A DNA stretch of 64,000 bases from NCBI RefSeq assembly GCF_018977255.1, contig NW_024704743.1, forward strand, positions 31,312,001 to 31,376,000. Reading direction: 5' to 3'. A program made the translations under genes and the position numbers. Shown here piece by piece: positions 1 to 12,729 of the stretch. Below the pieces are notes generated by a model that made no database searches, was not told the origin of the DNA, and saw nothing but the letters and a program-made list of their open reading frames with translations. This DNA is from Callorhinchus milii (lineage: Eukaryota). The number at the start of each line of letters is the position of its first letter. Positions within the stretch are counted from its first letter, which is position 1.

Positions 1-180
1 AATACTATAAAGTGGACTGACTGTATTTTGTGAGAAAAGCACGGCAGCCAGTTGCGCACAACAACATCCCACAAACATCCACCTGAACAGGCAGACACGA
101 TCTCAGTTTACCGTCTCATCCAAAGGTTGGCATCTCCGACAATGCAACACCTATTGCATTGCATTGGAGTGTCAGCTTAA
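1..180 (-). mobile_element. Deu-domain SINE fragment
   Basis: catccacctgaacaggcagac...gtctcatccaaagg...ctccgacaatgcaacac...ttggagtgtcagc is collinear with the fuller copies at 24220-24650 and 54865-55217. Confidence 0.7.
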
Positions 181-2637
181 AAGAATGCTCTGTTTACACA
201 TAAACTACCAACATTGCCCCCAAACAAACATAATATTATACACACACACATCTGTCAAGCTAATATCACTGAAGTAAAAATACTGTAGTGTTTGAAGAAC
301 AAACCCAAACCTGCAAAACAGGTGCAAGATACACAAAACATTACAGCTTTAGATACAAATCAGACCAAAATAAATCACATGGGTCTGTTGTTTGCCTATC
401 CTGATAACAGCCCGGATAAGCTGCCATAATGCAGAACTCCAGTGTATTTTAAACTATTGTTTGCTGTAGTACAATAAAAAAAAGTAGACATTGCTCCAGT
501 CATCCAGGAACTATTTAGAACAGATGTTTTTGACTTAAAACAAATCACAGATAAAGACAACTATCTTAGCATTACTCTTTGAAACTCTTGTGGTCGTTCA
601 TTTTCCACCACGACAGAAATGATAGACAAAAATTGTAAAAGGGGAAGGCTTACAGAAACAGTGCAAAGCAGTGATGGATAGATTAACATTTCAACACACA
701 AAACAAAGTTGTTTCAGATTAACACTAAGAGCTCCTTTAAAGATGCACAACACTGAAGGTGCTATTCAAATGAAATCACAGTTGTGCCAAATTCCACAGC
801 CAGCAAACATGCGATTTCAAACTGACCTTGGAGTAGGATCCGCAACACGATTTAAATAAATAATGTGAAAGAAAAACAGACTGAAACATAATCAACAACA
901 ATAGTGACAAATTTCACTTCTGAGATCTGCCCTTGAACCCAACACAAATGGGGAAAAAAGCATGTGCTCTCTGATGGCTACAAGGGTTCCATGTAATGAG
1001 CCTGAGCAGAGCCCAGTGCGTGTTAAAACCCACAGCAGAACATTTCCCTAATTCAACTCTAAATTGCTAAATTGCTGTACTAATTTGAGATTCTCACTCA
1101 GAGTGGTTACAGAAACAGTTGTTCCAGAAAGTACAGGGCAAACTGATGCAATGCAGTAAGTAGCACACGCTCTTTTGATGCTGGAGTTTAAATTAGTTTG
1201 TTTCAGCAGCGACACAAGCTCTGCTGTTGCTGATGATGCTTTGGTTATGCTGATGCTGACATAGGAAAGGGCTCCAGTGTCCTGTACTAACATTCCTCTG
1301 TTAGGGGCACAAACACAGAACTTTTGAAAAAATAGAAACACAATGCTTTTATACTTGCATCTCCACTGCACTGTCCATAAGAACACATGGCAATTTAATA
1401 CTGCAATAAACCATGGTTGCCATTTTCTTGTTGTACAGATAGAAACCTAAAACAAACCTCCAGTTCGTGTTTGTTTTCTACACAGAGCAAGTATTGATAA
1501 CGTCACAAAAGAGGTCAATTTCAGTTTGTGCACTCAGACCACCGACTTTAGTTCTTTTGCACAGATTTGGTTGCTGTCACAAGTCCATTGTCAAAGAAAA
1601 TGTCAACAGTGTGATCACACAAACTACGCATACTTAAAATTGACTTGCACTTCAAAACAAAGTTACAATCTCTTAAATGGAGAGTACTGTCCCAAACCAA
1701 GTTTACAACCAAGACTAACCAAGGTTGCCAGTTCTTCTACTGTACATTCTGAATTGGGCAAGGTCATTTAGATTAGTTGAATAACTTACCTCATTTGCAC
1801 TGTCAACCCAGTTCAATGAGGTTTGATTATCAACGTATCTGAAAGCTAATCTGGCAGATTTTTGAAAGAAACTCATTAAATGTTTTGTTAACAAACCAGC
1901 ATCTGGTGAGCACTGCACTATCTAAGAGTAAACACAACTTTTCTGTGATTACCTCCACAAACCATCTGTCAAGCAGGTTAGTTTCAAAACACTCTGGGCA
2001 AACAAATAATAGCTCCAAGCCCAGTTCAAGGGCTTTCTTGTCTCTCTCCCCCCCCACCACTACCACAACACGCACACACCTGTCTAAGGTGTACCGCACA
2101 ACAACAACATACAAACATGCCAAATAGTGGCTCTCGCAGGGCTATACATTCCTATTTACTGTTTTGTACACGTACTAAAATTAAAGGAAAACTGCTTTCC
2201 AACTATTTCCTGAACAACAAAAGTGAAACTGTTCCTACTCAAATAATTGCCTTTGTTTATTAGAGTTAGTAACAGTATAGTTTTGATTGGGGGGAGGGGT
2301 GGGGAGGTGGGAGGCGAGAAAGAAGGAGGGGTGAATTAAAAGTCCGGGAAGAAACATTAAGTTAAAACATATATAAAAAAATTTAAATACCAGCATATCT
2401 AGATAACTACTTGTACACATTTGAAAAGGTACCGCATAAACAAAGTGTATCTGCACACCAACTACCTGTTGATCCATTTATACACAATGGAAAGACTCTG
2501 ATGTGGAAATGAAGTGCAGCCGTTAAGCTTAAGCGAGTTACCAGAAGAAGCACGATTTACCTGAGGAGTGTGAATAACCCGGGAACACTATTAGTGTTGA
2601 ATCAACAATTTGTGCAAGTGTAAGGTTACAGACCGAG

Positions 2638-2920
2638 ATAACAACATGCATTTATATAGCATCCCTCACACAGGGGAGCATCCCAGAGCGTTTGACAGTG
2701 GCAAAGCACAAGGCCAAACTGGGGAAAGGAGGAGGTGACCATATGCACGGTCGAAGAGGAAGCCAGAGCCAGTTGAGTAAGCAGTGGGTTGGGGAGTAAG
2801 CAGGACGGAGAGGTAGGGAGGTGCCAGGGCATGAAAGGATTTGAAAACAAGTATGAGGATCGTGAAATCGAGACAAATACAACAACAACAACAACAAGAT
2901 TCCATTTATTGAGCGCCTTG
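2638..2920 (-). mobile_element. L2 LINE 3' fragment plus a second short L2 tail
   Basis: Translation DFTILILVFKSFHALAPPYLS (L2 ORF2 C-terminus); tails acaacatgcatttatatagc and (AAC)n-aagattccattta. Confidence 0.8.
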
Positions 2921-3751
2921 ATAGTGAGACAGAAAGAAAAAAGCAAAAAAGCGAAAGTCAGAGAGAGACAAGAGCGAGCCAAACAAATATAGAAAGTTGG
3001 AGAAAAAGAGAGGGAGAGAACAAAAATGGCCTGTGTCTCTTTTTCCATCTTTCTGCTGACATGCAGCAACAGTCTAACACCTGGTGGAGAAAGGTTTTGG
3101 TTAATATTTTAACCAAATTTGGATTTTGAGTAAAGCCCCATACAATGTACAACGATATGGTGGATGTTGGAGTAGGGTTTATTAAAAAGATATTTTGAAA
3201 CAAAAATCCAATATCTTATTTGCAACCAATGAAGCAAAATGCTTTTAGTGTTTTGACTTTGTGAACTTTAAATCCTATGTTGAATATGGGCACATTGACA
3301 TCAGCAGAAACACTGCACATTTTGGTTCCCATTAAAATCCAGTGAATTTAGAACAGTCAGGAGTAAACAAAACCCACTTTTCAATTAGGTTTTCATTTTA
3401 ATGACTTCAATATGTTGTTCCTGATAATAAATTAATCTTTTTTGGTCAGTCGGGTATCTGACACAACAGAACCCATCATCAAATGCCTCAACACCAAACT
3501 ACTGGGATTCCACATATGTAGATATAATACAATAGCTCTAAATACCAAAGAACAAATACCAAAAGAACTTCCAGGTTTCAACCTCTCCTGGAAACAATGG
3601 ACCGTTTTATAAAATTGCATGGCAGACGCAGTTATTTCTTACACCTCTGGAAGGTGAGAGACAACGCACAAGGTGATTGTGGATCCAAGGCGCAAGCTAT
3701 GGACTTGAGATAGTCCATAGTTGTAAATCAGTACCCACTTCGATCATCTAT

Positions 3752-4065
3752 GGAGTCCTGTAGCTCAGTGGTTAGAGCACTCCCCTCGCAAGTGAGAGAT
3801 CTGAATTCAACTCCTGGCAGGGCAAAACCTTGGGCAAGTTTCCTTACTCCACATGCTTGATAATAATCTCAAGAAAAAAACAATAATAATTTGGTCACTC
3901 AATCCATGACTGTTTGTGGGACACTGCTGTGTGCAATTGGCTGCCACGTTTTGCCCACAAATATATAGTCAATTCACTTTACAGTATATTCTGTGAAGCG
4001 CTTTGAGACGTTTAGAAGGCGTGATAAGTGCTATATCAAATGCGAGGTTTATTATTATTATTATT
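3752..4065 (+). mobile_element. tRNA-derived SINE (tRNA-Ala-like head, L2-type tail), short form
   Basis: Head ggagtcctgtagctcagtggttagagcac carries an A box and a B-box-like gaattcaactcc; the tail is gaagcgctttgagacg...ctatatcaaatgc(att)n; collinear with 10024-10339. Confidence 0.85.
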
Positions 4066-6559
4066 TTATTTTACCGGCAGCATTTCAGTCTTAAACCAAA
4101 CCACTTCCAAAACTACCCACTGGCTCACAAATTCTCGACTTAGCTGTTTGATAACGAATCACTTCACTAGCCATACAAAACGAGAACTTCAGTGGCGCAC
4201 AACAGATATAACCAGCAATTCTTATATCAGTCTCATATCTAGGGTCACCTACACTGCTGCCAACATCTCTAGCTCCTCTTTCATTTACATCCAACCAAGA
4301 CATTTAAAAATAATGCACTTGAACAGTCATACCCTAACTTTGCTTCAGGTTGACATTCAAAGTATGAAAAAAAAGAATGTGCAATACCTCCTTCAATGCA
4401 GGACTCCCAGTGTCAAACTAGACAATGATCTCAAATCCCAAATGTGGGACTTCAACCGACAACATTGATCCAGAGGTAGGACTACTGCCAACTGATTCAA
4501 GCTAACATCAAAGTACATGAGGACATCATTTAAATACAGTTTAAGTGCAGTAATCATATATAAGGCAAGTGGTTTATTCGCTGATTAGAATTAATGAACA
4601 TCAGTTCTGAAAACTTGTCAATATTCCAATCAATAGATTTTGTTAACAAACAATATCTCTGCTTAAACTGGATTACTGTTTGTAAATGAATCATTGTACC
4701 AATGATCAGATCTCATCAGTGTCAGACGTTGGATTTTACTTGCTTGGTCACTACCTTTTTATATCTAACCTTGGGAAAATACAGATTTTTAGGATTTGAC
4801 ACAAAGATAATAAATGTATGAGAACAATTTTTCTTATTTATTGGCTACATTTAACCTAATCAACTAAGAAATCAACATTATTGTCTTCATATAAATAGGA
4901 TCGTTAAGCATTATTTTTCAATTTTATTTGACAGTTATAGAGTTCTCTGTACTATATTTGTCTGTTATGCATAGAAGACTTCTTTGTATACCACAACAAA
5001 ATAGAAAATGTATTCCTGGTCATTTTCTTTTCCAGTAAATGCAAATAATTTTGTACAGATTATGTACAGGATACCTAATGGTGTGGATTTTCTGTCTGAC
5101 GATTCATTGCTTCATTTTTACTGACTCCATTAACACCTATAATAGCTATGCTATAATAAAAGGTCACTATGAAATATCTATTTATAAACCCAGGCCCATT
5201 TTCTGTACACACTGCATTTTATCTGCAGTGAGAAACAGGATGTTTTCCACTCAACCAGACTAGTACAAACACGTTCTATTCTTGTATCACAGATGCACAT
5301 CTTTAGAATTTATAGCCAGTATTGTGAAACAAGCAGTGAAAAGAAAAAAACACGAGGGCAGTCAGTGCAAGTTCCAATCATGTTGAATTTTGCACAGATC
5401 ATACTGTGGCAAGTTTCTACACGAAATCATATTCTCATTGAGCAGTGCCCACCCATCAAAGTCTCCAGTTATTAGAAAGACTGCCAACAGTTATTTTTAA
5501 TTACATAAACATACACTGCAGAATCCCAGCTGTTACTGGTGCAGTTATAAAAATGATCCATGTTTTGTCGTGTTCCCAAATCCGACAGACTTAACACCCA
5601 AATAGAATTACGTTGCATAAACCATGACATGCAGCACCAGACTAGTGACATGGTAGACAACAACAACAAGAAGATTACATTTGTATGTGCTTTTCACGTC
5701 GGGAGGATGTCCCAAGGCGCTGGACAGTGTAATAGACTGCACCAAGACATGAACAGCTAAACCAAGAATTTGGCGATAAATTAATCAAACACTACATCTG
5801 ATCCCAGTCATCTAAATAATCTAGGCTGGATGCTCACTGCATCATTTCACTGTGACCAACTGTGACTGACTTCTTCATAATCTTGCAGCAGTAAGATCGG
5901 TCATTCTGTGGCGCGAATGGTGTTACTGTGGAATGCCCTGATTACTTTTGTCAGCATTAATTGTTCAAAAACTTGTTAAAAATGTTTTAACAAATTGAAC
6001 CAAAGTTTCACTCTTACAGTATATTTAAATAAGCCATTTATTTTAGATGACTGCTTTGTGTTCACTCCCAGATATCTACTATTCTCAACATGAACCTGAA
6101 TTTCTATTCTGACAGGGAGGCAGGCTATTAGCATTATTGTCAGTACATCCAATAGCGCAAACTAGCATTTTAATCTGTTAGTATATTAATCAGGCTGATC
6201 TAATGCACACCCCTGCTATACGCAGGGCTGTACTCTTACTGACTTTATTGCATTAGATTAATGGTCTTATTCTATTCAAAACCTTCCAGTGAACCACTTA
6301 TCATTGTGCTCTACTTGTCAGCCTCTCATATTGTGCAAGCTAAGAAAGTAGTTCTGTGTGACCTATTTATACCTGACAAACACATTGCACGTAAAACAGC
6401 TTCAATAAATGGATTACATTAAGACTTGCCATGAGTAAAAAAAAACTGCTTAAGCATTTCAAGGACATTCTGAAATAAATGGTTATAATAATAAAACGAT
6501 AACCTTTGTATTGGTGGATGGTGTTAAGCACACACAACCCATGCATGCAATTGCACAGA

Positions 6560-6845
6560 GCCCCGAGGCAGCCTCCTGCCGTTGTGACTCAGTTACCCAT
6601 TGACTCACACGCCTCAGGCTCATAGCGGCCGCCCGCCACCCAGCCATTAGCCGCTCCACCGGGGCGAGACATCTGTCCACTAAGTTCGGTTTTGGTTTCC
6701 CGGCAACTGAGCAGAAAACGCCAGGCTTTGCCCGGAGTTCGAACACTGCCACAAGTGGTCGCACACAACACTAGCACACGCCCCAGCGGCCCCCGGGGGG
6801 GCAAACGCCACCTCCGCTTTGCATTTCACAGCGTTTTATCACGTC
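6560..6845. promoter_or_regulatory. Small CpG/GC-rich intronic element (candidate internal promoter or enhancer)
   Basis: Many CpGs in an otherwise CpG-depleted window. Two AP-1 TGACTCA sites (6585, 6601), GC-box-like gcccgcc (6631) and cacgcccc (6777), and an X-box-like gtttcccggcaac (6695-6707). No similarity to the window's repeats noticed. Confidence 0.5.
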
Positions 6846-9254
6846 TAAACTTCCTAGTGTTTTCTGTCAGATACAGTAATGGTGCATTTAGGAGTGAATG
6901 TGGTTGTCAATTTGCGCACAACAAGGTTCTACAAACAGCCTAGAAGTGAGCGTCAAACTTTATCCAGAGGATTTTGGCCAGGACACCAGGAAGGGAGAAA
7001 CTGCCTTCTCTTTTTGACTGGGGTCAAATCTACTGAAGGCACTGCCTGGTAAAGGCAGCAGCAACTGCATACCTTCCTGAGCTCACCAATATTGGCATCA
7101 GCCTGGCTCAAACCAAGCTTATTTGCCTCTGAGTCACAAGGTTGTGGGTTCAATGTCTCAAAAACAGCCGTGAAGTGAGTGACCAGTTTTATCAGCGGGG
7201 TTGTTGGCCAGGACACCAGGAGAAACTCTCTTCTAACCATACATGTCCATAATGTATGGCATTCACATTGGAAAAAAAATCTGAAATAGTCAACTCAACC
7301 CATTTACAAGACAATCTCAACAACTATAGTGACACATCGCCTCAATGGTCTGAACGGCCTTCGTCTGTGCTATAAATTTCTATGGTTCTAACACTCTGTA
7401 CTATGATATTTGAAGTGGATGACAGTTTGAAGTTCTACAATACTTGAGACCTATTAAATTACTACTGCGTAAGTTTTAATAAATTGTAACTCTCAGAACA
7501 ATGTTCGCAGTTTCTTTTACAGCTTTACACAAACAATACACTTTGCTGGAGGTAATAAGGGAGGATTAAATGCTCTCCAAAAGATGAGCTGCCTATGTGC
7601 AACAGCACCTGAAAGTCAATTCAATATTATACAGACTCTTGAAATGAACAAGAACCTGTTCTTTCTGAACCATGGATTAATTGCATTCCAAGGACATGGT
7701 GTAGTGCTTGAGGCAGTTATGGTGAACTCGGAGAGTTCATGAAACCTATCATTCTTCTAATGTCCTACCAATATCTCCCAGACCCTGAGGTTTGCTCTAA
7801 CAGTTGATCCCCACGATAGTGTGGAAATTAGCATAATTAAAGTTAAGTTCAATAAATTAAGATAAAAATACACAAAGTTAAAATATTATTGCAATATTAT
7901 TAGGAAGTGAGTTCCAGAATTACTTATCGTCACTTCTACATTACAATAATCAGTAAGAAGCTGAATAGAAATTAACTTCTGCAGCATGGTATGTGATGGA
8001 AACCTATTTTATAAAGAAAGATATATTTGTGTAATTCAAAAGATGCTAAAGATCTCTCCAAACAGCTTTCTACTTTTGAATCACAGAAATTCACATTTTA
8101 TAATCAATTGCAACTACTCCAATCCGTCACACCAGAAATATCCCTTCCTAAAACATCAAAGAACTTTATTGAGACTCTCCAACTTACATATATTTTACCA
8201 CCTTAGGCAGTCAATATATCTCCTATTGATTTCTGTTTTGCACTCTTATCACAGACTTAAATTGTTCTCCTGGGATGAGTAGTCTGCATATTTATACATA
8301 ATCATATGACACTCTGTCATCTATTTCTTCACATTGACAGACAATCAACAACTTAGAATTGCTCCCGTTTCACAGTTCCTAGACCTTTCACAATATAGCT
8401 TAAAACACATCATATGTTTGATCGTCTTTCATTTCCAAATATCCCAGGTTGCTCCTTTTGTAAAAAAGCATTTAAATATTAATAAAAACAGTTCAAAATA
8501 TCACCCAAGTTTCTTCTCGCATCACATCATTGCATATTAATTGTTACGCAATGTGTGAAAGTTGATTGAAAAATTAAATCTCATTCGAGACAGTAAGGTT
8601 GAAAAATAATAATAATAATCCTTGCATTTTATTTGAACCAATATGAATTTATTTATTTGAAGCCTCAGTGATAGACGACTGAAATTACAGCGTGCTTTCA
8701 ATTTGCCATTTGAGGACCATGGAAGGACTTACAATAAGCTTTTTTTTAAAAAAAGCAAAATATTATAATATGAACATTGAATTAGAGTAAAGCTCACATA
8801 GGTCATATCAGTCGGGATCATAACATGTAATATGACTTACGCAAAGTCCAAGTTGCAGGCAAACTGTATAAGTCCCAGAAAATCCGATTTAATCAATAAT
8901 CTGCAATGCACATGGATAATTCAATGCAGCCAGTAAGTGCACATGCAGTACTTGATCATTGCAGCCGGTAAGCGTGTATGCGGTGTCGAGTCAAGAGTAC
9001 GTTTCCCGTGATTCAATGCAGCTGGCCAGCAAGTGCGTGTGGGTTGATGGTTTAGGGTGTCATTTTTCCACGATTCAATGCAGCCGGATGTGCGGGAGTA
9101 ATGGAGGATAGAGGAGCAGCGTTACGAGCTAGAGGATGATTAATACAATTAGTACAAACAAATCTAAGTGGTTTTGATAGGAAATATTACATGTTTTAAT
9201 GTAACATCTAGTTACATTAAAAGTAAGCAACACATTCTCAATAAGTATGCCCCA

Positions 9255-9560
9255 GGCCTGCTCCAGGCCTCCCGCCCGACCCACCTTAGCATCAGCAGCT
9301 GGGCTTTCAGCATCTCTGCCCCCAACCTTTGGAACTCCATTCCATTATCCCTTCGCTTTGCTCCCTCCCTTGCCTCCTTCAAGGCATGACTCAAGACCCT
9401 CCTTTTCGTCCGTGCCTTCAGCCGCCCTCCTATCCCCTCTGCCCTCCCTCAATCCCAACCCTGCCCCCACGCTCAGGTCCTGATCCCTGACTGTTCAGCG
9501 CCTTGGGACATCCATCCAACATGAAAAACACTTTACAAATGTAATTTTGTTGTTGTTGTA
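9255..9560 (+). mobile_element. L2 LINE 3' end
   Basis: Translation WAFSISAPNLWNSIPLSLRFAPSLASFKA; tail gcgccttgggacatc...(ttg)n. Confidence 0.85.
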
Positions 9561-10023
9561 TGACTTGCTCTACATTTACATAGATATCAACTGATCTAAC
9601 CTAAGATTTCAACCATATTATTTTTCAATTACGATTTTGGTGCTATGCTTGTTTTCCTATTCAACTGCACGGTATTCTTCTTTCCCCCTCTCCCCACACA
9701 ACACCTCCCCCCAACACACCATGATAAAACAATAATCACAACAATCACTTTATATCAAGGTTAGAGCTATGAGAAAAAAGAATACTGTTATCTTATTTAT
9801 ATGCTGAAAAATTACTTCCTGGCCTTTATATCTCACACTCAACAAAACTAGAACTCTTATCCACACTATTGTCACCATCCACCCAAAGTCCTCCTTCCAG
9901 TGTCCCCAGCTCCACCACTCATAAAATCCAATTCATTCTAAATTCTGCCACCTGTATCCTCACTTTTTTTTGGTCAGCTGGGTAGGTCTGACACATGGTG
10001 AGACCCATTACCGTGCTTACCGT

Positions 10024-10339
10024 GGAGTCCTGTAGCTCAGTGGTTAGAGCACGCGCTTTGCAAACGAGAGACCCGAGTTCAATTCCAGGCAGGTCAGGGC
10101 GAAACCTTGGGCAAGTTTCCTTACTCCACACGCCTAATAATAATCCATCCAAAAACCAAAAACAATGATAAATTGGTCATTTTCAATCTACGACTGTTTG
10201 TGGGACATTGCTGTGCGCAATTGGCTGCCGCGTTCGCCCACAAATATACAGTCAATTCACTTTATAGTGTGTTCTGTGAAGCGTTTTGGGACGTCCTCCC
10301 GACGTGAAAAGCGCTATATCAAATGCAAGGATTATTATT
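10024..10339 (+). mobile_element. tRNA-derived SINE, short form, well preserved
   Basis: A box tagctcagtgg, anticodon-arm-like ctttgcaa, B box gagttcaattcc; tail stem-loop gcgttttgggacgtcctcccgacgtgaaaagcgc followed by (att)n. Confidence 0.88.
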
Positions 10340-10489
10340 TAAGTGTTTCCAAACCAAACAAAGTTCCAAGTATCCCACCTACACATAGAAATTCCAAAGA
10401 TGGAATTTGCAGAGACCCATATACTCACCGATAGCAAACTGGCTACTCCATCCTTGCCAAGCTCCACTGTTTGCCTAATGTTGAATGGA

Positions 10490-10860
10490 TCAATTTCAGT
10501 ATCCTCACTCATGTACAAATCACTTAATGTCCTAGAACCTCCCTACCTCTCCGAGCTGCTCACAACACACTCTTTCGGCCACTTTCGCTCGGTTGGCTTC
10601 AGTGTTCTGCATCTCGCTCATCCCCTCCATCATCAGCCATGCTTCTGCCACTGTGCTCCAAAACTCTGTAACTCTCTACCTCAATCTTACTGCCTCCTTG
10701 CCTGCCTTCAGGTTGCACTTGAAGTCCTTCCTCTTCGATCGTGTCGACAGTCACCTCCCCTCTCCCCCACATTTCGGTATCAAGCTATGCTGCTGTTGAG
10801 CGCTTGGAGAAGCTCTCACGTTAAGGTTGCAATCAAATGCAAGTTTTTGCTGCTGCTAAA
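10490..10860 (+). mobile_element. Degraded L2 LINE 3' fragment
   Basis: Translation MYKSLNVLEPPYLSELLT...HCAPKLCNSLPQS. Confidence 0.75.
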
Positions 10861-12729
10861 GTAAACACTCTTTGGCTCCATTGGTTTGGTGAGGAAGAAA
10901 ATGTACAATCACTGTGATATTCATTCTCCTTTACAATATTCAGTGTTTGAAAAACAGAATGTCAGTTTATGTGCACTAAAGTGTGAATAAAAAATCATCA
11001 CATAATGGGTTAGCATTCACACTTAGCACTCTCAAAGGAATGTGAACATTTGTAGTGGTATTAATTTATGTTGTCACAAATGTCAACTTGTTGAACTTAA
11101 ATTTTTGATACACTTTGTAGAAGGGAAAGATAAACTCAATCACACTTAGTTCACAGCGAGTACACAAAGATGCTTTTGTGAACGTAATCAATGATGATGG
11201 ACATATGTTTTAAATGTACAGTATTTGCCTTTGTCCAGCAAAGTAGTCCTCTGGAATTGGTATTGTGGATTTCCTCTTGATTTTAAGAGAATAAAAGATA
11301 CTAATTATATAACATGATTTGATTCCCATGATTTAATTTTACTTAGGCAAGCAGAAGATTTGCTTGTCTCTGCTGCCCTCTCTGTGAACTGTTCATCTAT
11401 AGTTTATAAAAAAACAGGTAATGTCTGCTTGAACACTTGCCAAAGCATTCAGTTCACTTTAATAATGGACCTGACAAGTTGAGGTGTGATCTATTAGTAC
11501 AATCCTTTGAACACCTTTTCAGAATTTCTAACTCCAAAAAGAAATAATTACATGAATGCGATTGAAGGAGAAAAATATACACTGTCAAGTAGCTGTCCAT
11601 TATCCTTGGAAATCCTTTAAACATTTAGTGATTGCAAAAACATTGCAAAAACATGCCCTGTCAGAACATGGAGAAAAAAAAGCACAGGAAGCATCATACA
11701 GGTACTGTACTTCCAAATTTCTCCCAGTGTCCGAGCCAACTTATTTGTGTCAAAATAAAATTAGGCATTCACTTCATGACTGTTTGTAGGACATTGCACA
11801 ATTGCTACCGCGTTTACTTACAAAAATTCAGTTCACCATAATAAGGAGGAAAAAATGGAAGTGCTTTTAGACATTTTAACATAAGCGGCTATATCAAACA
11901 CAACTATGGTTATGAATAACACTTACAGTGCAGGATTACACTTGGTACCATAGCTGTGTTTTTGTGTCCAAGCTGTATGCTAACAGTTACAGAGCAGAAC
12001 CACGAGATGGGAATGCACCAATTAAGCAATTTTTTTTAAAAAAATACACAATAACTTCGATCCGCTGGTGGAGTAAATTTCACAGCTGACAAAATCAAAC
12101 AAAAATAAACTGTACACATATGATTGCAGCAGCAAAAGTCCAGAAATAATTTTAAAAAAGTAACAAAATAAACATTATTAATCTTTAGAGCATTTTATTT
12201 TCTATAATGTTCAAACTTTGTTCTGGAGGTCTCCATTTCATAGCTGTTGTGATTATGCGGGGCTTTGTGTGCCAATTTCACAACAACAGATTAAACATCT
12301 AAACACAGTCACATGGTTCAAACAACTTAAAAAAACCACAGGAGTGATGTAACAGCAGTTCATAGAAACATTTGACTCTCGAGATTTCAAATTCGCACTT
12401 AAAATTCCTTAACATCTTAAGTTATGTATCAAATAATATATAAACAACTAATGCAACTATGATCATCAGATGCTTTTAAAAGCTTTTGAGCACTTGCAAT
12501 ACAAAGCAATACAAAAATGTTCAATTGCATCAGCCGACAACTGTGCAACCAAACAGCGAAGAACCAGGGACTAAGTTTACAACTTATGTGGCTTCATAGC
12601 CACCTTAGCACCACTCAGTAAGATTCTGATTACTTCCAATGTGTACGGAAATATTTTTTGTGCACGCCTTAAAAAAAATTATACGCGATTAGCCTGAAAA
12701 ACAATCGGTGACATTCGGCCTGTTGCACT

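Noticed and set aside
3752..3825. tRNA genes at 3752, 10024, about 24600 and about 43800
   Set aside because: They have A and B boxes but no complete acceptor stem, and each continues into SINE body and tail, so they are SINE heads.
8915..9095. CRISPR array
   Set aside because: Vertebrate intron, short degenerate repeats, irregular spacing and no cas genes.
11922..11980. Possible 46-nt minus-strand exon ending in gtaagt
   Set aside because: Weak polypyrimidine tract and no match to CDKAL1 in any frame.
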